Below are positions 40,480-49,837 of a stretch of 64,000 nt of DNA, one piece after another. The stretch comes from Acidobacteriota bacterium (lineage in GTDB: Bacteria; Acidobacteriota; Polarisedimenticolia; SMYD01). Positions within the stretch are counted from its first letter, which is position 1; the number at the start of each line of letters is the position of its first letter. Under the pieces are notes generated by a model that did not search any database, was not told the DNA's origin, and saw only the letters and a program-made list of their open reading frames with translations. The translations under genes and the position numbers were made by a program. The stretch is taken from positions 19,386-83,385 of the forward strand of contig JBHHYE010000010.1 in assembly GCA_046757405.1 (NCBI GenBank), read 5' to 3'.

Positions 40480-40965
40480 CTAGTTCTCGTACTTGCCCAG
40501 GTCCCCCGGTTCGAGCTTTTCCAGCCAGTGCCGCAGCCGCTCCGATTCAGCCGGGTCCTCGCTGATGTCTTTCTTGCTGGCCTTGTCGATGACCCCGCTG
40601 TTCACGAAAATGGGTGATTCCGTGCGCAGTGCCAGGGCGATGGCGTCGGAGGGGCGGCTATCCACGGTCAGGGCCCGCCCGTGATAGCGGAGGTGGACGG
40701 TGGCGTAGAAAGTGTTTTCTCTCAGATCGGTGATCACGATGCGCTCGACCTGAGCCTCCATCGTGGTCAGCACCTGGCGCAGCAAGTCATGGGTCATGGG
40801 GCGCGGTGTGGAGATTTTCTCCAGTTGCAAGGCAATGGCATTTGCCTCGAACAGCCCCACCCAGATCGGCAGGATCGAATCTCCAGCGGGATTCCTGAGG
40901 ATGACGATGGGCATCTGGGTGACCGGATCCATCATCAAGCTCTTGACCTTCATTTCAACATCCAT
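40480..40965 (-). CDS. Bifunctional nuclease (BFN/DUF151) family protein
   Basis: 'PIVILRNPAGDSILPIWVGLFEANAIA', 'ITDLRENTFYATV'. Confidence 0.7.
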   Translation of the reverse strand: MDVEMKVKSLMMDPVTQMPIVILRNPAGDSILPIWVGLFEANAIALQLEKISTPRPMTHDLLRQVLTTMEAQVERIVITDLRENTFYATVHLRYHGRALTVDSRPSDAIALALRTESPIFVNSGVIDKASKKDISEDPAESERLRHWLEKLEPGDLGKYEN

Positions 40966-41055
40966 TGCGCTTCCCTCCCGGGAACCCGGAACCCTGCATG
41001 CCGGCTGGTGACCCGATCCGCTCCCTCAAGCACCCTCATGGGCTCAGGCCAGAGT

Positions 41056-41084
41056 TTATAAGATCAACGGTGCGGAAAGTCAAG
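41056..41084 (-). promoter_or_regulatory. Sigma70-like promoter for the BFN nuclease gene: TTGACT-17-TATAAA; the -35 overlaps the miaB stop codon
   Basis: Minus-strand TTGACT (plus 41079-41084) contains the miaB TGA stop; TATAAA at plus 41056-41061. Confidence 0.4.
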
Positions 41085-42456
41085 ACAGGCCTTTTATGGC
41101 GCGCCTTTCGCCAGCTTTGCTCTCTTTCTGGAGCTGGCCGGCGGGGCGCCCGGAGAGCGAGTGCCGGTGTCCTGCCAGGATCTCGATGTCGAAGATCCGC
41201 CCGCTCGCCCGCGAGGGATCCAGGCCATGGATGTTCACCGTACGGTGGCAGGCGGTGCGGCCGGCGGCCATGGCGCCATCTCTCCGGGAAGAACCGTGGA
41301 TGAGCACGGGCATGATTTTCCCGACCAGCGCCTGATTCTCCTCGAGGGAGATCCGGTCCTGGAGCTCGAAGAGCTCGGAAAGGCGCCGTCTCTTGACCGT
41401 ATCCGGTATGTCGTCCTTCTCTCTGGCGGCCGCCGTCCCCGGACGCGGGGAGTACTTGAAAGCGAAGACCTGCGAGTAGCGCACCTCTTTTATTAACCGG
41501 AGAGTGGCCTGGAAGTCTGCCTCGGTCTCGGCCGGGTAGCCCACGATGATGTCGGTGGACAGCGCGATCCCCGGTTTTCTCCGGCGCAGATCATCCAGGC
41601 GCCGGAGGTAGTCCCCTATCCGGTAGCCGCGGCGCATGGCCCTGAGGACACGATCCGATCCGGATTGCACCGCCAGGTGAAGGTGAGGGCAGATGGTTGG
41701 GTGGTCGGCCATGACGGCCGCCGTGTTGGAAGTCAGGAAGGCAGGATGACTGCTGGTGAAGCGCAGGCGGGCCAGGCCGGGCAGGCGGGCCACGGCCGCC
41801 AGGAGGTGGTGAAAAAGTTTCCGGCCGTCGCGGTAGGCGTTCACGGTCTGTCCCAGCAGCTCGACCTCGAGCACACCCGTGTCGGCGAGGTGCGCCGCCT
41901 CGTCGACAATTTGCTTGAACGGACGGTGAATCTCTCGGCCCCGTGTGCGAGGCACGATGCAGAAGGTGCATCCCATGTTGCAACCTTCCATGATGGTGAC
42001 GTAGGCTTTCCCCGCCGGGGGGAGCGCTTTCCCTCCGGCCCAGGAGATGGCCGTGAGGTCCTCCAGCGCTGTGTCGGAGGCATGGGAGCGCTGTCGCGCC
42101 TTTTCCACGAGGGTCGGCAAGCGGCCGATACGCCGGGGCCCCAGGACCAGATCGGCATGCGGGGCCCGCTGGAAAATGGCGTGCCCTTCCTGCTGAGCCA
42201 CACATCCCGTGACGCCAATAAGCGTTTCCGGAGAACGTTTTTTGATTCCCTTGAGGCGTCCCAGGAATGTGAATAATTTTTCAGAAGCTTTTTCCCTCAC
42301 GGAGCACGTATTCAACAGGATGAGATCAGCGTCGGAGGCGGAGGATGCCGGAGCATACCCGTGCTCTTGCAGAAGAGAGGACATCTTCTGTTCGTCCTGC
42401 TCGTTCATCTGGCAGCCCCACGTCTTGATGTAGAAGCGGCGTGAGCGGCGGTTCAT
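41080..42456 (-). CDS. miaB: tRNA-2-methylthio-N6-dimethylallyladenosine synthase
   Basis: 'FYIKTWGCQMNEQD', radical-SAM 'GCNMGCTFCIVP', TRAM domain. Confidence 0.9.
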   Translation of the reverse strand: MNRRSRRFYIKTWGCQMNEQDEQKMSSLLQEHGYAPASSASDADLILLNTCSVREKASEKLFTFLGRLKGIKKRSPETLIGVTGCVAQQEGHAIFQRAPHADLVLGPRRIGRLPTLVEKARQRSHASDTALEDLTAISWAGGKALPPAGKAYVTIMEGCNMGCTFCIVPRTRGREIHRPFKQIVDEAAHLADTGVLEVELLGQTVNAYRDGRKLFHHLLAAVARLPGLARLRFTSSHPAFLTSNTAAVMADHPTICPHLHLAVQSGSDRVLRAMRRGYRIGDYLRRLDDLRRRKPGIALSTDIIVGYPAETEADFQATLRLIKEVRYSQVFAFKYSPRPGTAAAREKDDIPDTVKRRRLSELFELQDRISLEENQALVGKIMPVLIHGSSRRDGAMAAGRTACHRTVNIHGLDPSRASGRIFDIEILAGHRHSLSGRPAGQLQKESKAGERRAIKGLS

Positions 42457-42956
42457 GACTGGGAGGCTGCACCGTTCGGGGCGAAAAACGGCAGAAGGCG
42501 CTCATAGGTCTGCGACGGGGTTTCCGGAATGATCCGGGTTTCACCGATGACCGTGGCGAAGTTTGTATCGCCGCTCCAGCGGGGAACCAGGTGAATGTGA
42601 AGATGACCGATGATGCCCGCGCCCGCCGCCTTGCCCATGTTCAGGCCGAGATTCATTCCATCCGGCTGATACGCCGCGCGGAGAACTTTTTCACATCGTG
42701 TCACGGTTTCCATCATCTGCTGCCGTTCTTCCTTGGTGAGGTCGGAGAGCCGTCCCACGTGCCGGTTGGCCACCACCAGGAGATGGCCGTTGGCATAAGG
42801 AAAAAGATTCAGAATGACGAAGCTGCCCTCTCCCCGGGCCAGGAGATAGGCGTCGGCATCTTTTCGCGTCTGGAAGACCCCGCAAAACACGCAGGTCTCC
42901 TCGCTTCGAGTCGAGGTGAGGTAATCGAGTCGCCAGGGGGTGAAGAGCCGGTCCAA
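42453..42956 (-). CDS. HIT-family hydrolase
   Basis: 'CVFCGV', histidine triad 'GHLHIHLVPR'. Confidence 0.8.
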   Translation of the reverse strand: MDRLFTPWRLDYLTSTRSEETCVFCGVFQTRKDADAYLLARGEGSFVILNLFPYANGHLLVVANRHVGRLSDLTKEERQQMMETVTRCEKVLRAAYQPDGMNLGLNMGKAAGAGIIGHLHIHLVPRWSGDTNFATVIGETRIIPETPSQTYERLLPFFAPNGAASQS

Positions 42957-42985
42957 GAGCGCCTCGTGGGGATTCAGCGAGTCAG

Positions 42986-43327
42986 CTAGAAAGATGAAAG
43001 CCCGCTCTCGGCGATGCTGCCCGGCGGCGCTTCGTGTACGCCGGGAGTGTCTGGAGAGTTGATGAGCTCTTTCAGCTCCTTGCCCGGCTTGAAATAGGGA
43101 ATCTTCTTGGCGGGTACCTCCACGCGGGCACCGGTCTTGGGATTGCGGCCCAGCCGGGAATGGCGATTGCGAATCCGGAAGCTGCCGAAGCCTCGCAACT
43201 CGATCTTTTCATCATTTTTCAGGGCTTCGACGATGGAATCAAAGACCGTATTCACGATGATCTCGGCGTGCTTCTTGGACAGCTCGGAAACCTTGGTTAC
43301 GTACTCCACTAGCTCCGCCCGCGTCAT
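42986..43327 (-). CDS. HU/IHF-family DNA-binding protein
   Basis: 'IELRGFGSFRIRNRHSRLGRNPKTGARVEV'. Confidence 0.8.
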   Translation of the reverse strand: MTRAELVEYVTKVSELSKKHAEIIVNTVFDSIVEALKNDEKIELRGFGSFRIRNRHSRLGRNPKTGARVEVPAKKIPYFKPGKELKELINSPDTPGVHEAPPGSIAESGLSSF

Positions 43328-43405
43328 GGTCCGATGCCCTCCTGCCTTCTGAATGCCACGGCGGACCGTATCGATTCCGCCGTGCCTTTGCCATGCACCG
43401 CCCCG

Positions 43406-45301
43406 TTATCGCTCGTCCACCTCGTCGGAGTCTTGCCGCTCGCGGCGGCGTTTCCGTCCCCCACTCCGTCGCAGATCCAGCTCGGGGCCCACCACGTCTG
43501 CCAGACGCATCGCGCCGCCCTCCATGGCATACGTTTCCAGGTCGTGTTGCTGGGACTGCTGAAGAACGGCCTTGACGGAAAGGCCGATCTTGTTCTCGGC
43601 GGGGTCCAGCTTGATGAGCTTCACCTCGATCTCATCGCCGATGTTGAAGTACGACTCGGGATTCTCGACCCGTTCCATGGAGAATTCGGAGACATGCACC
43701 AGCCCTTCGATTCCCTCCTCGAGTTCCACGAAGGCGCCGAATTCGGTGAGCCGGACGACCTTTCCCCGCAAGACGTCACCGACCTGGTGTATCCGAAAGA
43801 ATTCATCCCAGATGTTCGGGAGTAATTGCTTGATGCCCAGGGAAAGACGCTGGTTTTCCGTGTCAATCTTGAGGATCACGGCTTCCACATCGTCACCCTT
43901 CTGGAGAATCTCGGAGGGGTGCCTGATGCGCTTGGACCAGGACAGGTCGGAAATATGAACCAACCCATCGACCCCCTCTTCGACCTCGATGAAAGCGCCG
44001 AAATTCGTCAGGTTCCGGACCTTGCCGGTGATGCGGGAGCCGACCTCGTACTTCTGGTCGATGAGGGCCCACGGATTGGGCTCGGTCTGCTTCAACCCCA
44101 GGCTCAACCGCCGGTTTTCCTTGTCCAGATCCAGAACCATGGCTTCGACGGTCTCATCCACCGCCAGGATCTTGGACGGATGTTTCACCCGCTTGGTCCA
44201 TGACATGGCCGAGACGTGAATGAGCCCCTCGACGCCTTCTTCAAGCTCGATGAAGGCGCCGTAATCGGTCAGGCTGACGACCCTGCCCTGGACCCGGGTG
44301 CCGATGGGATAACGGTCATCCACGGCGGCCCATGGGTCAGGCGTTTGCTGCTTGTAACCGAGCGAGACGCGCTCCCGGTCGGCATCGAACTTGAGCACCA
44401 TGACGTTGACTTCGTCGCCGATGGAGAACAACTCCGACGGATGATTGATGCGCCCCCATGACATGTCGGTGATATGGAGCAGACCATCCAGGCCTCCGAG
44501 ATCGATGAAGGCACCGTACTCGGTGATGTTCTTGACCACTCCCTTGATGATCTTGCCCTCCTCGAGGTTCTGGAGCGTCTGCTGCTTTCTTTCTCTATTC
44601 TCCTCGTCGAGAATCACCTTGCGGGAAAGCACGATGTTTCCGCGGCGGCGATTCACCTTGATCACACGCATGCGGAGCTCCTGGCCGCGGTACGACTCCA
44701 GGTTGCGCACAGGGCGAATGTCCACCAGCGAGCCGGGAAGGAAGGCCCGGATCCCGATATCCACGGCCAGGCCGCCCTTGATGCGGTCCACGACCCGTCC
44801 GACGAGGGGGGTTCCCTCACGGAAGGCCTTTTCGACCCGCTCCCAGACCTTCATCTTCTCGGCCTTCTCTTTGGACAGAACCAGGTACCCTTCCTTGTTC
44901 TCCGCTTTTTCGAGAAGAACCTCGATCTCATCTCCTTCTTGGACACTGAGGCGGCCTTCATGGTCCGTGAATTCATCTCGATCGATGATTCCTTCGGACT
45001 TGTAGCCCACATCGACGATCACTTCGTTGGGGAGAATCTTGAGGACGCGGCCCTTGACGACCTGCCCCTCGGACAGGTCCCGCAGGGTATCGTCGTACAT
45101 GGCCAGGAGCTGGGCGTGTTGCTCATGGGAGAGCTCGGCGGGATCGCGGCCCAGGAGATCGATCTCGCAGGCAAGGTCGGTGCCCGGACCAGCCGGCTCG
45201 GCCGGGAGTCGGCCTTCCTGGCGGCCGGCGTGCTCCGGGTGGTTTGCCTCGTCTTGGGGTTCCATCACATCTGCTCCTCGCAGCGGGTCGGCAGTCCCCA
45301 C
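43406..45301 (-). CDS. rpsA: 30S ribosomal protein S1 (six S1 domains) with ~55-aa N-terminal extension
   Basis: Six repeated S1 motifs ('GQVVKGRVLKI', 'GTPLVGRVVDRIKGGLAVDI', 'GKIIKGVVKNITEYGAFIDL', 'GTRVQGRVVSLTDYGAFIEL', 'GSRITGKVRNLTNFGAFIEV', 'GDVLRGKVVRLTEFGAFVEL'). Start could alternatively be Met at 45265. Confidence 0.9.
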   Translation of the reverse strand: MGTADPLRGADVMEPQDEANHPEHAGRQEGRLPAEPAGPGTDLACEIDLLGRDPAELSHEQHAQLLAMYDDTLRDLSEGQVVKGRVLKILPNEVIVDVGYKSEGIIDRDEFTDHEGRLSVQEGDEIEVLLEKAENKEGYLVLSKEKAEKMKVWERVEKAFREGTPLVGRVVDRIKGGLAVDIGIRAFLPGSLVDIRPVRNLESYRGQELRMRVIKVNRRRGNIVLSRKVILDEENRERKQQTLQNLEEGKIIKGVVKNITEYGAFIDLGGLDGLLHITDMSWGRINHPSELFSIGDEVNVMVLKFDADRERVSLGYKQQTPDPWAAVDDRYPIGTRVQGRVVSLTDYGAFIELEEGVEGLIHVSAMSWTKRVKHPSKILAVDETVEAMVLDLDKENRRLSLGLKQTEPNPWALIDQKYEVGSRITGKVRNLTNFGAFIEVEEGVDGLVHISDLSWSKRIRHPSEILQKGDDVEAVILKIDTENQRLSLGIKQLLPNIWDEFFRIHQVGDVLRGKVVRLTEFGAFVELEEGIEGLVHVSEFSMERVENPESYFNIGDEIEVKLIKLDPAENKIGLSVKAVLQQSQQHDLETYAMEGGAMRLADVVGPELDLRRSGGRKRRRERQDSDEVDER

Positions 45302-45370
45302 CGCCGAGGCCCTTGCATCCTGGTCAGGCCAGCTGGGAAAGCGATTGCCATAACCGCTTGAAAACGCACT

Positions 45371-45399
45371 ATCTTAAACAGAAGTCTCGGCCCTGTCAA
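45371..45399 (-). promoter_or_regulatory. Sigma70-like promoter for rpsA: TTGACA-17-TAAGAT; the -35 overlaps the hisC stop codon
   Basis: Minus-strand TTGACA (plus 45394-45399) embeds the hisC TGA; TAAGAT at plus 45371-45376; same -10 as the parA promoter. Confidence 0.4.
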
Positions 45400-46520
45400 G
45401 CACGTGCGAACCCCCATTCCGCCCGTATCCGGTCGATGCTGGCGAGCAGGCGGTCGTTCTCTGTCGCGGTGCCCACGGTGATCCGGACATGGGCGTGAAA
45501 TCCGTAGACATCCAGCGGGCGGACAATGATCCCCCGCGGGAGAAGGGCCTGAAAGGTCTCCTTCCCGGACCGGCCCAGGGAAGCGAACAGGAAGTTGGTG
45601 CTGGAAGGAGTGAAAGGGATGCCCCGCTCGCGGAAGGCGCTCTCCAGGCGTGAGCGCTGTTCCTGGTTGATTCGCCGGGAGTTTCGGACATGCTCGACGT
45701 CATCCAGGGCCGCCAGGGCTCCCGCTTGGGCGATGCTGTTGGTGTTGAACGGGGATCGGACCTTCTCCAGGGCCGCCACGACCTCCGGGACGGCCATCCC
45801 ATATCCGATCCGGGCCCCTGCCAGGCCGTGGATCTTGGAGAAGGTCCTCAAGACCATGACCCGGCCGCCGCGACGCAGGATCTCGCTGGCATCCGGGTAC
45901 TCGGGATCGTCGAGATACTCGCGGTAAGCCTCGTCCACCACCGTCAGCACCGTCCCCGGGACCCGCCGGAAGTACTCATCCATCTCGGTACGGCTGATGC
46001 GCGTCCCTGTGGGGTTGTTCGGATTGGCGATGAAGACGAGATGGGTGGAGGGAGCCACCGCCGCAGCCATGGCCGCAACATCGTGCTTCAGGTCGTGCGT
46101 CATGGGGACCGAGCGCACGGCCGCGGAGGCCGCCAGCGAGGCGATCCGGTACATGATGAAAGCTCCTTCGGAGACGAGCGATTCTCCCTCGGGCGGCAGG
46201 AAGGCCTTGGCGAGCATCTCCACGATCTCCGTGGAGCCGTTCCCCACGATGATGCATTCCGGAGGAAAGCCCGCCTCTCGGGCCAGGCGTTCCTTGAGGT
46301 AATAGGCTCCGCCGTCGGGATACCGGTGGGCACCCTCCAGAGTGGCCTGCATGGCGCGCACGGCAAGAGGAGAGGGTCCGAGCGGATTCTCATTGCTGGC
46401 GAGCTTCACGGAATCCCGGATTCCCAGCTCCCGTTCCAGTTCCCCGACCGGTTTGCCGGGCTTGTAAGGCACGATGGCGTCCAGGCGGCGGTTGAGCGGA
46501 AACGGCAGCGCTCTGGTCAT
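45396..46520 (-). CDS. hisC: Histidinol-phosphate aminotransferase
   Basis: Start 'MTRALPF' (ATG 46520). 'KLASNENPLGPSP', PLP lysine 'RTFSKIHGLAGARIGY'. Confidence 0.85.
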   Translation of the reverse strand: MTRALPFPLNRRLDAIVPYKPGKPVGELERELGIRDSVKLASNENPLGPSPLAVRAMQATLEGAHRYPDGGAYYLKERLAREAGFPPECIIVGNGSTEIVEMLAKAFLPPEGESLVSEGAFIMYRIASLAASAAVRSVPMTHDLKHDVAAMAAAVAPSTHLVFIANPNNPTGTRISRTEMDEYFRRVPGTVLTVVDEAYREYLDDPEYPDASEILRRGGRVMVLRTFSKIHGLAGARIGYGMAVPEVVAALEKVRSPFNTNSIAQAGALAALDDVEHVRNSRRINQEQRSRLESAFRERGIPFTPSSTNFLFASLGRSGKETFQALLPRGIIVRPLDVYGFHAHVRITVGTATENDRLLASIDRIRAEWGFARA

Positions 46521-47275
46521 GATGACGCACTCCCGTTCCCGGCGAGCAGATGGTGTTCCTGCCGCCCCACAGCATCGCGAAGGGCCTGCACCTCGGCGAG
46601 CGTGAGGTGTCTGGTCTCTCCCGCGCGCAGGGACGGCGCACACAGCGGGCCGTATGCGATGCGGCGCAGTCGCATGACGGGATGGTTCACCCGGTGGAAC
46701 ATCTCCCGGATCTGGTTGCATCGTCCCTCGGACAACTCCACGGTGAGCACGGCGTTGCGGTGCTGGCTCCGGATCTGCACGCGGGCGGGGCGGGTCCTCC
46801 GGCCGCCCAGCCGGAACGGTTGGCGCAGGCGCTGCAGTGAGCCCGGCGTGGGAAGGCCGCGCACCTTGATCAGGTACAGCTTCGGGACTTTTCCCGCCGG
46901 GTGCATCAGGGCTTGAGCCATCTCGCCGTCGTTGGTGAAGAGAAGAAGGCCCTCGCTGTTGTAGTCCAGGCGGCCAACGGGGAAGATCCGCGGTCCCTGG
47001 GCAGGAAGGAAAGACACCACCGTTTGGCGGCCTTTCGGGTCCGACATGGTGGTGACGCAGCCTCGCGGCTTGTACATGAGCAGGTAGATCGGCGGCGAGG
47101 ACGGGTTGACCAGCCGTCCATCCACCTCGACGGTCTCATCCGGGAAGACCTTCGTCCCCGGCTCGCGAACCACCCGGCCGTTCACCCGGATGCGGCCGGC
47201 CGCCAGCAGGCGTTCACTTTCCCTCCGGGAAGCGACTCCCGCGTGGGAGAGGAACTTCTGAATCCGGAGGCTCAT
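46517..47275 (-). CDS. rluB: Pseudouridine synthase, RsuA/RluB family
   Basis: S4 domain 'RIQKFLSHAGVASRRESERLL'; catalytic 'PVGRLDYNSEGLLLFTNDG'; 4-nt overlap with hisC. Confidence 0.85.
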   Translation of the reverse strand: MSLRIQKFLSHAGVASRRESERLLAAGRIRVNGRVVREPGTKVFPDETVEVDGRLVNPSSPPIYLLMYKPRGCVTTMSDPKGRQTVVSFLPAQGPRIFPVGRLDYNSEGLLLFTNDGEMAQALMHPAGKVPKLYLIKVRGLPTPGSLQRLRQPFRLGGRRTRPARVQIRSQHRNAVLTVELSEGRCNQIREMFHRVNHPVMRLRRIAYGPLCAPSLRAGETRHLTLAEVQALRDAVGRQEHHLLAGNGSASS

Positions 47276-47919
47276 GCGGGCCTGGCATCGGAGGGTTCCC
47301 CCTCCCCCGCCCCGCTCCCTCCCGGCATGGCCGGCGTCTCGTCTGGCGGGCCCGACAGCCTCTCTTCCAGAGCTGGCGCGCCAGCGGAGCCGAGAAGGTG
47401 ATCGAGATCCTCCATGGGAGGGAGATCATCCAGGGAGGCCAGGCCGAAGTGCTCCAGGAAGGTGCGGGTCGTTCCATACAGCAACGGTTTTCCCACCGTA
47501 TCCTTGCGTCCGGCGATGCGCACCAGCCGCCGTTCCAGGAGCGTCCGGAGCACGCCCTCGGCCGAGACCCCGCGGATGGCCTGGATCTCCGGATGGGTGA
47601 CCGGTTGCCTGTAGGCGACGATGGCCACGGTTTCCAGGGCCGCCCGGGAAAGCTTTTGCCGGTTTCGGAGGCGAAAGAATTCCTTCACCATGGTCCCCGA
47701 CTCCGACCAGGTCGCCAGGCGATATCCGCCGGCGATCTCCTCGACCCGCAAGCCGCTGTCCTCCGTCCGGTGGCGCTCGGCGATCCCCGCCAGCAGATCG
47801 CGGACGGTGTCCTCTGTGGCCTCCGGGAGAAAGGCGGCCAGCTCCTTGATGGAAATGGGGCGATCCGCGACGAAGAGGATCGCCTCGACCATCGCCGAGA
47901 GATGATGGGAGTCGTTCAT
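47272..47919 (-). CDS. scpB: Segregation and condensation protein B
   Basis: 'VEAILFVADRPISIKELA', 'GYRLAT'. Confidence 0.85.
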   Translation of the reverse strand: MNDSHHLSAMVEAILFVADRPISIKELAAFLPEATEDTVRDLLAGIAERHRTEDSGLRVEEIAGGYRLATWSESGTMVKEFFRLRNRQKLSRAALETVAIVAYRQPVTHPEIQAIRGVSAEGVLRTLLERRLVRIAGRKDTVGKPLLYGTTRTFLEHFGLASLDDLPPMEDLDHLLGSAGAPALEERLSGPPDETPAMPGGSGAGEGEPSDARPA

Positions 47920-48668
47920 GTGGTTCTCCGGCGGAGCTGGATGGGGCCGAACGGGCGGCCCTGTAAGGCGCGGATCGAGCCCCTGCGCACCAGCTCCAGG
48001 ACCGCCAGGAAGGTGACGATCAGGGCGCGGAGGCCCGGGGAATCGGTGAGCAGGGTCTCGAAGTCAAGAGTTTCTTTTTCCTCGAGCTGATGGAGGATCT
48101 GGTGAAGCCGCTCGGCCAGCGAGATCTCCTCCCGGCGCCGGAAGAGTTGCAGGCGCCGCTGGGAAGTGTCCAGCACCCGCTTGAGAGCGTCCACCAGGTC
48201 GAAGAGGCTGACTTCCAGGTACCCTTCCTCCTCGATCTCTTCACCCGGCCGCCGTGTGAAGACGAGCCCGGCCTGCCGCGCCCGCTTCTCCAGATCCTCC
48301 GCGGCTTCCCGGTATCGCTGGTGTTCGATCAGAGCCTGGACGAGGCCGGTGCGGGGGTCTTCTTCGAGACCCTGGTCGATGCGCTCGCGATCGCTGGGAA
48401 GGAGAAGCTTGGACTTGATATAGACCAGCGTGGCGGCCATGACCAGGAACTCTCCCGCGATGTCGAGATCGAGCTTGCGCATGCGGGCGAGCATGGCGTC
48501 ATACTGCCGGGCAATCTGCACCACGGGGATGTCCTTCAGATCGATCTCGTTGATGCGGATCAGGTGGAGGAGCAGGTCGAGCGGCCCCTCGAACTCCGGC
48601 AGGACGAAATGAAACGGGGATCCCGGGGTGGATGGAGGAGAGACAGTTGGCAGATCGGGAGTCCCCAT
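47916..48668 (-). CDS. scpA: Segregation and condensation protein A
   Basis: 'LPEFEGPLDLLLHLIRINEIDLKDIP', C-terminal 'FLAVLELVRRG'. Confidence 0.85.
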   Translation of the reverse strand: MGTPDLPTVSPPSTPGSPFHFVLPEFEGPLDLLLHLIRINEIDLKDIPVVQIARQYDAMLARMRKLDLDIAGEFLVMAATLVYIKSKLLLPSDRERIDQGLEEDPRTGLVQALIEHQRYREAAEDLEKRARQAGLVFTRRPGEEIEEEGYLEVSLFDLVDALKRVLDTSQRRLQLFRRREEISLAERLHQILHQLEEKETLDFETLLTDSPGLRALIVTFLAVLELVRRGSIRALQGRPFGPIQLRRRTT

Positions 48669-48768
48669 TCAGGCATCTCGGATGTCCCGCATTCGACCGG
48701 GTGGGATGCCAGAAAGCCATGCGGGACAAGGGCTTTCGCTTTCAAGCTAACATGGCTTCGCCGGCGCG

Positions 48769-49629
48769 TCAATCGGAGCTTCGGTCGGAGGTGCCCGGTC
48801 GGGAGGTCCTGTAGACCAGCTCAACGCCTCCGAAGGAGAGGTGGTCGCCGTCCTGAACCGGTATCGGCTGGCCCGGGTGGACGGCCTGGCCATTCACCAG
48901 GGTCCCGTTCAGGGCTCCCACTTCCTCGTCCAGCAGGTGCTTGTCGCTGTCGCAGATGAGGATGGCATGGCGCCTGGATACGGACCGCTTCAGGTCCAGG
49001 AGAGTGAGATCCACTTCCGGCTTGGTGCCGGTGACCGGATCGAAGCGGCCGATGCGGGCGGTCTGCTCCTGCAGAGGAAAGACATCTTTCCCCTCCGGGT
49101 TCACCAGAAAGGCCGGCGCCGCGTCGGTGAGGACGGCTCCGGCAGGAGACGGGGCGGGCTCGCTCTTGATTTTTTTCTTCTTGGGAGAAACCCGGGAGGA
49201 GGGGGTGGCCGGTCGGGGGGATGCGGCGGGTGGGACAGAAGTGGCCTGGCTCCGGGTGCGGGCGGCCAGCCGGCTCTCGGCCTCCCCAAGACGGATGGAA
49301 AGCTTTCTCAGCATGCGGACGGCAAGCTCGATGTTGGAGCGGATCATCCGGTCGAAGAGGGCCGGGCCGATCTCGATGGCCACCACAGGTTCCAGTGTGC
49401 GTGCGGTGAAGGTCCGGGGACTCCCCTCCAGGAGCGACATCTCCCCGAAGAAATCACCTTTCTCCATCACCCCGAGGACCTCATCGGTTTCTCCCTCGGC
49501 GCCCGGAACCGTCAGCTCGAGGGAGCCTGACTGGACCACGAAGAGAGTGCTTCCAGGATCTCCCTTGGCAAAGACAATCTCGTTGGCCTTGTAGCGAGCG
49601 GTGAAATCGGCGAAAACAGAGCGCGCCAT
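48769..49629 (-). CDS. Cyclic-nucleotide-binding (CAP-effector-like) domain + FHA domain protein
   Basis: cNMP-binding 'FFGEMSLLEG..RTFTART'; Lys-rich linker 'PKKKKIKSE'; FHA 'ARIGRFD..RRHAILIC..NGTLVNGQ'. Start taken at the second Met (GGGGAAGA RBS); ORF-track start at 49737 unlikely. Confidence 0.7.
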   Translation of the reverse strand: MARSVFADFTARYKANEIVFAKGDPGSTLFVVQSGSLELTVPGAEGETDEVLGVMEKGDFFGEMSLLEGSPRTFTARTLEPVVAIEIGPALFDRMIRSNIELAVRMLRKLSIRLGEAESRLAARTRSQATSVPPAASPRPATPSSRVSPKKKKIKSEPAPSPAGAVLTDAAPAFLVNPEGKDVFPLQEQTARIGRFDPVTGTKPEVDLTLLDLKRSVSRRHAILICDSDKHLLDEEVGALNGTLVNGQAVHPGQPIPVQDGDHLSFGGVELVYRTSRPGTSDRSSD

Positions 49630-49837
49630 CGGCATTCTTCCCCAGTCATAATAGATAAGAGGCGTTACCTGGAAGTTCAAGTCAACCGGAGACGGGGCGC
49701 ATGGGGGCCTGGAAGCCTCTCCAGTAGCTTGAATCATCTAACGGTCGTGTTTGCAATAGGTTACAGGACGCCTTCGTTCCTGTGCAGGTTGTAGAAACCG
49801 TTTTCAGTTCAGATATTTCGCTGCCTGGAACACAACT

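Noticed and set aside
48669-48768. Inverted repeat GCCATG…CATGGC in the scpA / cNMP-FHA spacer
   Set aside because: Only 6-bp arms separated by ~30 nt; no supporting promoter or terminator context, so judged to be chance.
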